DNA of 64,000 nucleotides from a virus. Location: positions 1 to 64,000 of IMG/VR virus record IMGVR_UViG_3300020183_000033. One strand, written 5' to 3'. The notes beneath the pieces were generated by a model. It ran no database searches. It saw only the letters and a list, made by a program, of their open reading frames with translations, and had not been told where the DNA came from. How positions within the stretch are numbered: position 1 is the first letter of the stretch; the number at the start of each line of letters is the position of its first letter. This document shows positions 20,137-28,694 of this stretch, piece by piece. Both the position numbers and the translations under genes were made by a program.

Positions 20137-20475
20137 ATGACAACAGAAGAATTGAAAGAATTAGTTATAACCTCATCGTTCTTTAATAGTTTCAATGATC
20201 CAAATTTTGCTCAGAACTGGTACGCTGCCTTTTGCAACAACGAGTACAAATTAAACGACAATTCTCTTTATAGTTGTAGCTGGCGAAGTTCTGGTGAGAC
20301 AGTAGCAGATATCAGGAAGCTTCATGGGTATGAAGAGGACTACCTTTATTGGTATTGTTCAGGTATAGTTTCAACCTATAGGTCGGAAAACCCTAAGACT
20401 AAATATGTAAGCGAGGGTGAAATTACCCCAGAGATCTTTAAATGTTTAAAAGAGATTGGGTTACAACCAATTTAA
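20137..20475 (+). CDS. Hypothetical phage protein
   Basis: AAGGA RBS; SCSWRSSG..VAD, DYLYWYCSG. Confidence 0.6.
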   Translation: MTTEELKELVITSSFFNSFNDPNFAQNWYAAFCNNEYKLNDNSLYSCSWRSSGETVADIRKLHGYEEDYLYWYCSGIVSTYRSENPKTKYVSEGEITPEIFKCLKEIGLQPI

Positions 20476-20485
20476 AAAGATATAC

Positions 20486-20555
20486 GGGAATATGGCTCTA
20501 GATTGCTGGCTTGTTATACCAGAGGTCATGGATTCTATTCCCGTTATTTCCACCA
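20486..20555 (+). ncRNA. Degenerate tRNA-like element with G3.U70 acceptor stem and CCA
   Basis: GGGAATA/TATTTCC-ACCA acceptor, AGGTC variable loop, imperfect T arm, truncated D arm. Confidence 0.45.
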
Positions 20556-20656
20556 GGATCTGGAAAGTTCGGAATTCTTGCAGAGTCCCTGGCTTCCGAG
20601 TAGAATACGGAGTAATGGGACTCGTTGACGTTGCTAACAAGGTTTTCTGTGTCTAT

Positions 20657-20717
20657 GATGCGTTGGGCACAGACACTCCCAAAGAAGAGATAAAAGGGAC
20701 TCCACAACGCATCACCA
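20657..20717 (+). ncRNA. Stem-closed RNA ending in ACCA (tRNA-like, non-canonical)
   Basis: GATGCGTTG...CAACGCATC-ACCA within the tRNA cluster. Confidence 0.4.
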
Positions 20718-20725
20718 ATTTTCGT

Positions 20726-20814
20726 GGGTGTCAGGCAGATACGGTTAGCTGCGGCAGTCTGTAAAACTGTTCGTCCTTGCGGCGTTTCGTGTTCGAATCA
20801 CGAGGCACCCACCA
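20726..20814 (+). tRNA. tRNA-Tyr(GTA)
   Basis: GGGTGTC/GGCACCC-ACCA, anticodon loop CTGTAAA, long variable arm, TTCGAAT. Confidence 0.9.
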
Positions 20815-20817
20815 TTT

Positions 20818-20894
20818 GTCCTCGTAGCTCAGTTGGATGGAGCATTTGCCTTCTAAGCAAAGGGTCGCAGGTTCGAGTCCTGCCGAGGACACCA
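20818..20894 (+). tRNA. tRNA-Arg(TCT)
   Basis: GTCCTCG/CGAGGAC-ACCA, loop CTTCTAA. Confidence 0.93.
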
Positions 20895-20911
20895 AAAGGT
20901 TAAATTTCTAT

Positions 20912-20986
20912 GTCGATTTGGTGTAATTGGCAACACACAAGAATTTGACTCTTGTATTCTTGGTTCAAACCCAGGAAGCGGTGCCA
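20912..20986 (+). tRNA. tRNA-Gln(TTG), weak acceptor stem
   Basis: CAAGA-ATTTGAC-TCTTG anticodon arm, CTTGG-TTCAAAC-CCAGG T arm, GCCA end; acceptor has a mismatch and GU pairs. Confidence 0.75.
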
Positions 20987-20997
20987 GGATTTTTATT

Positions 20998-21558
20998 ATG
21001 AAAAACATTTACTTGGATACAGAAACTTGCGGCCTTGATGTTAAGCGTCACGCCATTATTCAACTCTCTGGTCTTATTGAAATCGACGGCGAGGTCGTCG
21101 AAGAATTCGACTACAAGATCAAACCATTCCCAGGCGCATTGATCTCTAAATCTTCCATGGCAATAAACGGCTATACAATAGAAGATCTAAAGTCGTTTAC
21201 AGACCACGAAATCGTTTACAAAGACTTTGTTGGGATGCTTGCTAAGTATGTAGACAAGTATAACCGAGAAGACAAGTTTCACCTCATCGGATATAATTGC
21301 AAGTTTGACGAGGAATTCCTACGTGAGTTCTTTGTGATGAACTCAGACGAATACTTCTCTTCGTGGTTTTGGTGGCCTTCGTTAGACGTTGCTGTTATGG
21401 CAGCAATTCTTACTAAAGAAGTTAGACACAAGTTCGAGAACTACAAACTAGAAACAGTCGCGAAACACTTTGGTATTCAATTCGAAGGTTCGGCGCACAA
21501 TTCCTTGGCCGACGTGAAGGCCACTAGAGATCTTTATAAAGTGTTATCTGGAGAATAG
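20998..21558 (+). CDS. DEDDh 3'-5' exonuclease (DnaQ-like)
   Basis: YLDTETCG, GYNCKFD, AHNSLAD. Confidence 0.9.
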   Translation: MKNIYLDTETCGLDVKRHAIIQLSGLIEIDGEVVEEFDYKIKPFPGALISKSSMAINGYTIEDLKSFTDHEIVYKDFVGMLAKYVDKYNREDKFHLIGYNCKFDEEFLREFFVMNSDEYFSSWFWWPSLDVAVMAAILTKEVRHKFENYKLETVAKHFGIQFEGSAHNSLADVKATRDLYKVLSGE

Positions 21559-21581
21559 CTATTATATAAATAATTGTTTAA

Positions 21582-22010
21582 ATGTCATCATTCACCAAGA
21601 AATTTGATAACCCTCTTATTGTAAAAGACACAGGCGATGGCAGGAAATGGGAGATCGCAGAGTCTTTTTCCTACCATGTCGGTTCACTTGAATCGGACGA
21701 AGTCATCACTGTTCCTGTTGGTTTTGTCACAGACTTCGCAACCATTCCTCGCCCCATCTGGGCAATCTTTCCTCCTACTGGTAAATACACCAAAGCCGCA
21801 GTTATCCACGACTATTTAACGTCAAACAAAGGCAAGATTCCGTACAAGGGTTCTGACGGCAATCTGTATTATCGCTATTACACCAAGACACAAGTAGACA
21901 AGATTTTCCGTGAAGCCATGGGTGTGCTGAAAGTGAATCCCGTTGTCAAAGGCATTATCTGGGCTGCTGTTTCAGCGTTTGGAAACAGACGCGGATACCT
22001 AAATAGTTAA
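21582..22010 (+). CDS. DUF1353-family protein
   Basis: VPVGFVTDFATIP, AAVIHDYL, DKIF; late promoter upstream. Confidence 0.8.
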   Translation: MSSFTKKFDNPLIVKDTGDGRKWEIAESFSYHVGSLESDEVITVPVGFVTDFATIPRPIWAIFPPTGKYTKAAVIHDYLTSNKGKIPYKGSDGNLYYRYYTKTQVDKIFREAMGVLKVNPVVKGIIWAAVSAFGNRRGYLNS

Positions 22011-22019
22011 GAGGGATAT

Positions 22020-22172
22020 ATGGCAAAAGTTTCTATCACTGGCAAACCGCTTACATCAGAAAAGCAAAAACAAATCGTTCGAGAAATAGAGAAGTGTCTT
22101 TCTGACTCTTTGTTGAAGAATCAGGAAGTGACTGAAGTAAACATAAAAATCAAAACCAACAAGGAGAAGTAA
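22020..22172 (+). CDS. Hypothetical small protein
   Basis: GAGGG RBS, MAKVSITGKP..., fills the gap in the operon. Confidence 0.5.
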   Translation: MAKVSITGKPLTSEKQKQIVREIEKCLSDSLLKNQEVTEVNIKIKTNKEK

Positions 22173-22175
22173 AAA

Positions 22176-22487
22176 ATGAACACAGTAAAAAGAACCAAAG
22201 AACTCTTAGACGAGCAAACAAACACACCTAAGAAAGGCGAAGTAGTACAAGAAGCATTTCCTGTCAAAGAATTTAAAATCGAAGACTTAGCCAAGGTCGC
22301 TTGGAAGAAACTTTCCGCATCAGACTCTGAGACCTTCGCTGGTGTTGAATCCGATAATGCTAGAATTGCAGAGATAAAAGATTACATTGTTCTCGTAGAC
22401 GGTAACCGTTTGACGATTGTTATGGAAGACGGTTCTGAACTTCTGTACGATTTTGATGAGATCAAACCAGTCAAATTAGGCGTATAA
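22176..22487 (+). CDS. Hypothetical protein
   Basis: AAGGAG RBS; ORF in late operon. Confidence 0.6.
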   Translation: MNTVKRTKELLDEQTNTPKKGEVVQEAFPVKEFKIEDLAKVAWKKLSASDSETFAGVESDNARIAEIKDYIVLVDGNRLTIVMEDGSELLYDFDEIKPVKLGV

Positions 22488-22494
22488 AATACTT

Positions 22495-23502
22495 ATGCTA
22501 TCATTCAATCAATTCCTACTATCCGAAGGTGGTGCTGGCGGTCACGTCATGCACCCTTTCGACATTGCTAATTCTGGTAAAGAGCTATTGGCTCTGTTTG
22601 ACGAAGGCATTGCCGACATCAAAAAAGGCGAAGCAGGTAAGACTGGTTCTGGTTGGGTGAAGCTTGATGGCGTTAATATGTCGGTTCGAGTTGTAGATAA
22701 TCAATTCGTTCTAGACCGTGGCTCTGCAAAAGAGTTAGATCTAAAAGGTATGCGCCCAGAGGATTTCGAGTTAAGAGGTTTACAACCTGGTTATATCGAA
22801 AAGGCTAAGAAATTATTCAAGATCCTGGACGCTTCCTTTGATTCTACAAAGTCCGAGTTGGCCGCTTTTGGCGTTCTAAAAGACCCGAACGTTATTATGA
22901 ATATCGAGTTCGTGGAAGGTCAGACAAACGTTATTAAGTACGAAATTGAAAACTTTATCGCTATCCATGGATTGAGAAAGTCTAGCTATAATCCAGAAAC
23001 AAAGAAGCGTACGATCTCAGATATACCTTATAGCGTAGACGCTTTGAACAAATACGTTGCTGCTCTAGAAAAGACAGCAAAGAAGTTTGGTTTCGAAGCA
23101 CTCGGTAATCCCTCGGTTCAAGAAAAAACTGCTATCAATATCAACCCAGTTCTTTCAAAGCAAATTAAACTAAACGGAACAACAAAGACTTTAAAAGATT
23201 GGTTACTTGGTATTGAAGAAATTCCTCATAAGAACGGTAGGGCTGTTATCTTCACCAAGAACGACTATCTGAATATTGAGAACAGCAAGAAAACTGATCT
23301 TTCCGAAGATCAGATCCGCGACTATATCCTATACAAAGCAACAATTGATATCGGCGATGCAATCCTTAAGAGTTTAACTAGCAAGCTTGGTGATCTTGAA
23401 GGCCAAGAAGGTCTTATGATGAAGCGAAAAAACGGCGACATCTATAAACTCACAGGGAAGTTTATCTTAAAAGGAATGGAATCTTCTTTCAGGAAACCCT
23501 AA
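22495..23502 (+). CDS. Putative capsid-internal protein with ligase-like KxDG motif
   Basis: N-terminus MLSFNQFLLSE (capsid-targeting-like); VKLDG, EGLMM, YKL. Confidence 0.55.
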   Translation: MLSFNQFLLSEGGAGGHVMHPFDIANSGKELLALFDEGIADIKKGEAGKTGSGWVKLDGVNMSVRVVDNQFVLDRGSAKELDLKGMRPEDFELRGLQPGYIEKAKKLFKILDASFDSTKSELAAFGVLKDPNVIMNIEFVEGQTNVIKYEIENFIAIHGLRKSSYNPETKKRTISDIPYSVDALNKYVAALEKTAKKFGFEALGNPSVQEKTAININPVLSKQIKLNGTTKTLKDWLLGIEEIPHKNGRAVIFTKNDYLNIENSKKTDLSEDQIRDYILYKATIDIGDAILKSLTSKLGDLEGQEGLMMKRKNGDIYKLTGKFILKGMESSFRKP

Positions 23503-25139
23503 TGGCAAAAACAATTGGCATAATTTTCGGTAGATTTAACCCGCCTCACAAAGGTCATAAGGCTGCGTGGGAGATGGCTTCAAAGTGTACATACTGGTAT
23601 GTTGGAACAAACAAATCAACTCATGGACCAAAGGATCCACTTCCTTATGAAGTCAAGATCGAAGCCATGAAAGCGATCTGGCCAGGTATCAAAGACCATA
23701 TTATGCCAGAGACTAGTTGGTTGACAATGGCAGCTGCTCTTTTCAAGAAGCACGGTGACCTGCCTCTGTTGTGTTTTACTGATGAAGATTGGGTTGTAAA
23801 GACACTAAAAGAGTACAACGGCAAAGAAGACGCGAAGGGTAACTATTATAACTTCAGCGTTATCAAGCAAGAGAAACCACCTCGCCTTTCTTCGGCTACA
23901 GCTTTAAGAAAGGCTGTTAAAGAAGACGATAAAGAAGCCTTTGCCGATGCCGCTGGAGTTGATGCCGACACGCCTATCACAATAAAAGGTAAGAAGGTTC
24001 CTTTCTTTGATCTCGTTAAAAAGCATCTTGCACAGTATACAAAAGAAGAAGTTATGGGCGAAGAAATTGTGAAGACCAAGAAGGGTGACGTCGATAAGAT
24101 AAAGGCTGTTTTTGATGATGTTCTAACAGAAGGCGATATCAATTGGTTTTTTGAAGAAGATCTTCCTAAAAAATACAAAAGCGGATTATCAGACTCTACT
24201 GCAAAAAAGAGAAAATATTTCTGGAAGAAACTTGGTAAGTATCCGTTTTCAAAGAGCGATTATGATAAGGCTGACAAGGTTCCTGGCGACTCAAAGAAAA
24301 CGAAACCATCGAAGTATACAACTGCATATAAAGAGAAATTCGGTGAAGAAATAATTGAAGAATCTCCTGTTGACAAGGCACTAAAGAACAAATCCGAAAA
24401 GTCTGGTATCCCTGTTGGTATTCTAAGAAAAGTATACAATCGTGGTCTGGCCGCGTGGGTTACAGGTCATAGACCTGGGGCATCTCAGGCTGCTTGGGGT
24501 ATGGCTAGAGTAAATTCTTTTATTCTAAAAGGAAAAACCTGGAAAACCACCGACGCCGACTTAGCTAAAAAGGTAAGAAAAGAAGAAGTATCAGAACATA
24601 TTGTAAAAACCAAAAAAGGTTATGTTCTTTACTCCAAGTCAAAACCAAAGAGAAAGCTTGGCGGACCTTATTCATCAAAAGAACAAGCTATTAAAAAAGA
24701 ACGACAGGTTCAGTATTTTAAACATATGGGCGAATCAAAACAAAAAACATTTACAGAATTAACAGAAGACATTAATACCGCAAATAAAGAAATGCACGAA
24801 GTTCCTACTAAGGTTAAAGAAACAGCAAAGCAAGGTATTGATCTTGTTAAAGAATACAAACGCGGCGCTACTCCTGCTGCGGTTCAGATAGCAAGAGATC
24901 TTATTACAAAGAAAGAATTATCTCTTAGCAAGATAAAAGCAATAAAAGCTTACTTCTTCCGCAATAAGACACAAGTTCAAAAAGGCGAGTCAGGTCATAG
25001 ACCCTCATCGAATACAATCCCTTCTGATGAATGGATCTCTTGGCAGTTGTACGGTGGTAACGCTGGAAGAGATTGGGCGGAAAAAATCCTCAATCCTAAA
25101 AAAGATACTCAAATAAATACAGATAAGGAAAATCAATAA
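23502..25139 (+). CDS. HxGH nucleotidyltransferase (cytidyltransferase-like) fused to basic modules
   Basis: FGRFNPPHKGH, LSSATALR; C-terminal modules include VYNRGLAAW..GHRPG and ISWQLYGG. Confidence 0.75.
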   Translation: MAKTIGIIFGRFNPPHKGHKAAWEMASKCTYWYVGTNKSTHGPKDPLPYEVKIEAMKAIWPGIKDHIMPETSWLTMAAALFKKHGDLPLLCFTDEDWVVKTLKEYNGKEDAKGNYYNFSVIKQEKPPRLSSATALRKAVKEDDKEAFADAAGVDADTPITIKGKKVPFFDLVKKHLAQYTKEEVMGEEIVKTKKGDVDKIKAVFDDVLTEGDINWFFEEDLPKKYKSGLSDSTAKKRKYFWKKLGKYPFSKSDYDKADKVPGDSKKTKPSKYTTAYKEKFGEEIIEESPVDKALKNKSEKSGIPVGILRKVYNRGLAAWVTGHRPGASQAAWGMARVNSFILKGKTWKTTDADLAKKVRKEEVSEHIVKTKKGYVLYSKSKPKRKLGGPYSSKEQAIKKERQVQYFKHMGESKQKTFTELTEDINTANKEMHEVPTKVKETAKQGIDLVKEYKRGATPAAVQIARDLITKKELSLSKIKAIKAYFFRNKTQVQKGESGHRPSSNTIPSDEWISWQLYGGNAGRDWAEKILNPKKDTQINTDKENQ

Positions 25140-26134
25140 TGAAGACCTTCCAAACACTCTTCGAAGAAATCAATCAAGCAACAGCTGAAGAAAAAGAATT
25201 AACTGTTGACGACGCAGGGCTAATCAAATCCGTGACCTCTAAGCTACAGAAGATCGTTTCAGATTTTTCTGAGATGTCTCCTGAAGAAGCAGTCGAACAA
25301 ATTCAATCAGCAGTTTCAGAATTTAACCTGACCTTTGATGTCGACAAGGCTCTGTCTGCTATGCAGTCGGACGAACCTGTTAAACTAAAACTCACCCTCG
25401 CCGACAATGAAGACGATCCATTTACTATTAGTGCTGAAGACGAAGACGGCGAAGAGATTCCAGGTGATATGGTGCTTTGTGTCCACAAGGACGGCGAAGG
25501 TATCTATGCAAAGATTCATGTCTACTTTGACGACGAAGAACCAGAAGTTCTAGACGATATCAAGTTTAACATTCCCGACGAAGAAGAATCAGAAGAAGAA
25601 AAGAACGACGAAGCTGGTTATCCTGCATTGGAGAATGAAGCCGAGTCAGAAATCGAAAAAGAAAAGCCTGTTGAAAAAGATGATGATGAAGAAGAAACAG
25701 AACCTTCCGCTGAAGAAAACGATTCTAAAGTAACACGTAAAGGTGCTATTAAAGTTTATGAAGAATACACTGGCGGCACAAAGTACATTGTTGTTCACCT
25801 TAAACAAAACAAGTTAAAGGCAGATATCTTTAATCACAAGCTAGACGCATACAACCAAGGACTAAATATCGTAGGTGATATTATCGAAATTACACGAGGA
25901 GATGTTCAGGACACCGAATCGCGTATGAAAGAATTAGCTAAAGTAAAACGCCAAAAGCTAGCTGATGTAAAGAAGAAGATGGCAGCAAAGATGGAAGCTA
26001 AGAAGGTAATCTCAGATGCGAATGCAGCCGAGAATAAAACAGAATCTTTACCAGTAGCGAATACTGAGATCGTTAAAAAGCTAAAAGAGAAAAAGGGCAA
26101 GGATCTACCTGAGCCTGGAACACATCAAGTCTAG
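25139..26134 (+). CDS. Acidic putative prohead/internal protein
   Basis: MKTFQTLFEE capsid-targeting-like N-terminus; acidic tracts; DEAGYP shared with gp22. Confidence 0.55.
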   Translation: MKTFQTLFEEINQATAEEKELTVDDAGLIKSVTSKLQKIVSDFSEMSPEEAVEQIQSAVSEFNLTFDVDKALSAMQSDEPVKLKLTLADNEDDPFTISAEDEDGEEIPGDMVLCVHKDGEGIYAKIHVYFDDEEPEVLDDIKFNIPDEEESEEEKNDEAGYPALENEAESEIEKEKPVEKDDDEEETEPSAEENDSKVTRKGAIKVYEEYTGGTKYIVVHLKQNKLKADIFNHKLDAYNQGLNIVGDIIEITRGDVQDTESRMKELAKVKRQKLADVKKKMAAKMEAKKVISDANAAENKTESLPVANTEIVKKLKEKKGKDLPEPGTHQV

Positions 26135-26135
26135 C

Positions 26136-26522
26136 TTGAATATCAATATCACATCAGATAACGCACTTCTCTACGCAGCCAGGGTTTATGACAATCCAGG
26201 CTGCGTAACTTTTCAGGAGTTCGAAGAGGACTACGCAAGGGTTAAGTTCATCAAAGTGCTTCTATCGAAATACCTAAATAATAAGAAAGTCAATATCCAG
26301 ATGGTGCTGAATCATATCATCTGTCTGAATAACGTCTTTCCAGGCTGGGTCGCTAAGATTTTGTTGGCAGAAGTAGACAAGAATTATTGGAATCTCTTAG
26401 CCACTTTTTTGATTTATCTTAAGTTAATGCCGATTGACGATTTCTGGATTAATGGGAAAAGAATTAACGTAGAGGTATTCGAATTAGATGGAGAACTCTT
26501 AGATCGACTGAGGGAGCTATAA
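26136..26522 (+). CDS. Conserved T4-like phage protein
   Basis: YAARVYDNP.C...EFEED...LNHIICLNNVF motif recognised from T4-like phages. Confidence 0.65.
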   Translation: MNINITSDNALLYAARVYDNPGCVTFQEFEEDYARVKFIKVLLSKYLNNKKVNIQMVLNHIICLNNVFPGWVAKILLAEVDKNYWNLLATFLIYLKLMPIDDFWINGKRINVEVFELDGELLDRLREL

Positions 26523-26695
26523 TGCCAAAGAGATATAAAGTAACACGTATCAAAAGAGACATCTCAGAAGTCACTACTGCTTCTGTTGCTGCAACAGGCT
26601 CTGATCCTAACCCAGCAATATCGATTGAAAAGTTAAAGACAGCTCGCAAGAAAAATTATGAGCCTATGCCAGTTCTTAAGAGAAAAGGAAGCTAA
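26522..26695 (+). CDS. Hypothetical small protein
   Basis: GGGAG RBS, ATG overlapping upstream stop. Confidence 0.5.
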   Translation: MPKRYKVTRIKRDISEVTTASVAATGSDPNPAISIEKLKTARKKNYEPMPVLKRKGS

Positions 26696-26697
26696 CC

Positions 26698-27039
26698 GTG
26701 GAGATTACATCTTTACAAAAAGACGTTCAAGACGTCAGGGTTCAAGTTGAGTTAATTAAAAAGGACATCTCACAGTTCGGTAGTGTGATGGAAAAGTTGG
26801 ACAAAACAAATGACAAGATTCAAGACCTCATTGACAACATACACAAAATTGTGAACCTACACGACACACAATTAACACTTTCCAAAAGAGACACAGAAGA
26901 CATCCAGAACGAGATCGAAGCAATCAAAGAAAAGATCTCTAAGCTAGAGAAGTTTGAATGGGCATTTATCGGTATTATCGGGTTTCTCTCGTTTATTCTG
27001 AATATCAATAACATCATGCTTTTTTTTTCAAGTAAATAG
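26698..27039 (+). CDS. Coiled-coil protein with C-terminal transmembrane helix
   Basis: Heptad repeats followed by a hydrophobic tail. Confidence 0.6.
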   Translation: MEITSLQKDVQDVRVQVELIKKDISQFGSVMEKLDKTNDKIQDLIDNIHKIVNLHDTQLTLSKRDTEDIQNEIEAIKEKISKLEKFEWAFIGIIGFLSFILNINNIMLFFSSK

Positions 27040-27087
27040 TTTATTTTAGAACCATAATATAGTATAATATTATATTGAGGTACCTGT

Positions 27088-27633
27088 TTGGCGAAAAATT
27101 ATATCAATAACTCAGAGTTTCTAGTTCTATTAGCAAACTATCAGAAAGTAAAACGAGCAGCTCTGAAGAAAGGAAAGGATGTTCCTCCGATCCCTAATGA
27201 AATCGGAACGTGTATCTTAGAGATCGCGCGCGGCCTAGCACGTAGACCTAACTTCTCTGCGTACACGTTTAAAGAAGATATGATATCGGATGGTATTGAG
27301 AACTGCTTTCAGTACATTGATAACTTCAATCCAGAGATATCCAGTAACCCTTTTTCGTACTTTACCCAGATTGTTTATTATGCATTCCTGCGACGCATCT
27401 ACACCGAATCTAAGCAATCCTATGTTAAGTTTAAATCTTTTCAGAACCACGATTTATTCACAAATCACAAGCACGAAACAAAAAAGCACGTCAATCTAAT
27501 TAACACAATTATCAACGATAAAACACAGGATATTATTACCAAGTTCGAAGAAAAGATGTTGGCAAAAGCAACGAACAAAAAAGTTTTAAAAGACGACGAT
27601 GAAATTATAAACCTCGAATTATTCATGGAGTAA
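27088..27633 (+). CDS. gp55: Late transcription sigma factor
   Basis: NYINN.EFL, EDMISDGIENC, NPFSYFTQI.YYAFLRRI. Confidence 0.95.
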   Translation: MAKNYINNSEFLVLLANYQKVKRAALKKGKDVPPIPNEIGTCILEIARGLARRPNFSAYTFKEDMISDGIENCFQYIDNFNPEISSNPFSYFTQIVYYAFLRRIYTESKQSYVKFKSFQNHDLFTNHKHETKKHVNLINTIINDKTQDIITKFEEKMLAKATNKKVLKDDDEIINLELFME

Positions 27634-27634
27634 C

Positions 27635-28693
27635 ATGCTCAAAGCTCTAATTACTGACACTCACTTCGGTGCCAGAGGCGATAACCCTCTTTTCTATGAC
27701 TACTTTGACAAGTTCCTAGACAACGTATTCTTCCCCACCATCAAAAAGAAAAAGATCAAGAAGATTATTCATCTCGGTGACGTAAACGATCGTCGCAAGT
27801 ACATGAACTATCAGACTCTTGCATGGGCTGATACCTTCTTTAAACGTTGTGCTGATCTAGGATTGGAAGTGGATGTTATCGCTGGAAACCACGATACGTA
27901 CTACAAGTCCACGAACTCTGTTAACTCTCCTGACCTACTCTTCTCAAAGTACAAGAACGTGAAGATCTACTCAGAACCAGTCGAGATTGACAACGTTCTT
28001 TATGTGCCTTGGATCAACCCAGAGAACAAAGAGAAGACCCTACAGATCATCAGAGACACTGGGTGTGAAGTAGTTATGGGTCACCTTGAACTCACTGGTT
28101 ATACGATGTTTAAAGGCTCTGTGTGTCATGATGGAATGAACGCAGACGTGTTCCATAAGTTTGAGTCGGTGTACTCAGGCCATTTCCATACAAAGAATTC
28201 TTCTGGAAACGTACACTACTTGGGTTGCCCCTGGGATCTAATCTTTACTGATACAGACGACGTAAAAGGTTTTCATTTATGGGACGATGAAACGGACGCT
28301 CTGACGTTTGTTGAGAACCCATACAAGATGTATTGGAAGTTGTACTACGATGATACAACAGCGTCGGACATAGATGACCTCTTGCTTTCTGACGCAGGAT
28401 ATAGTAAAATAAAGGGTACGTTTGTCAAGGTTTACGTCAAGGGTAAGAACAATCCTGTATTCTTTGATCGTTATATTCAGAAGATCAATACTTCTGAACC
28501 AGCCAACCTTTCTATTGTAGAAGATTACATTCCTGATAACAAGGAAGAAGACGCGATCTGCATCACGGAAGATACCTTGTCTATCCTCAAGAATTCAATC
28601 AAGGATTACTCTGATCTTCTACCATCAAAGGACAAGGAAGTACAGATAGAAAAGCTTCTATCAGATCTATATATCGAGGCATTGAAAGTTTAA
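27635..28693 (+). CDS. gp47: Recombination endonuclease subunit (Mre11/SbcD-like)
   Basis: DTHFG, GD, GNHD, GHFH metallophosphoesterase motifs. Confidence 0.95.
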   Translation: MLKALITDTHFGARGDNPLFYDYFDKFLDNVFFPTIKKKKIKKIIHLGDVNDRRKYMNYQTLAWADTFFKRCADLGLEVDVIAGNHDTYYKSTNSVNSPDLLFSKYKNVKIYSEPVEIDNVLYVPWINPENKEKTLQIIRDTGCEVVMGHLELTGYTMFKGSVCHDGMNADVFHKFESVYSGHFHTKNSSGNVHYLGCPWDLIFTDTDDVKGFHLWDDETDALTFVENPYKMYWKLYYDDTTASDIDDLLLSDAGYSKIKGTFVKVYVKGKNNPVFFDRYIQKINTSEPANLSIVEDYIPDNKEEDAICITEDTLSILKNSIKDYSDLLPSKDKEVQIEKLLSDLYIEALKV

Positions 28694-28694
28694 G

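Noticed and set aside
20456-20764. 102-aa ORF
   Set aside because: Overlaps tRNA-Tyr and structured RNA elements; TTG start without RBS
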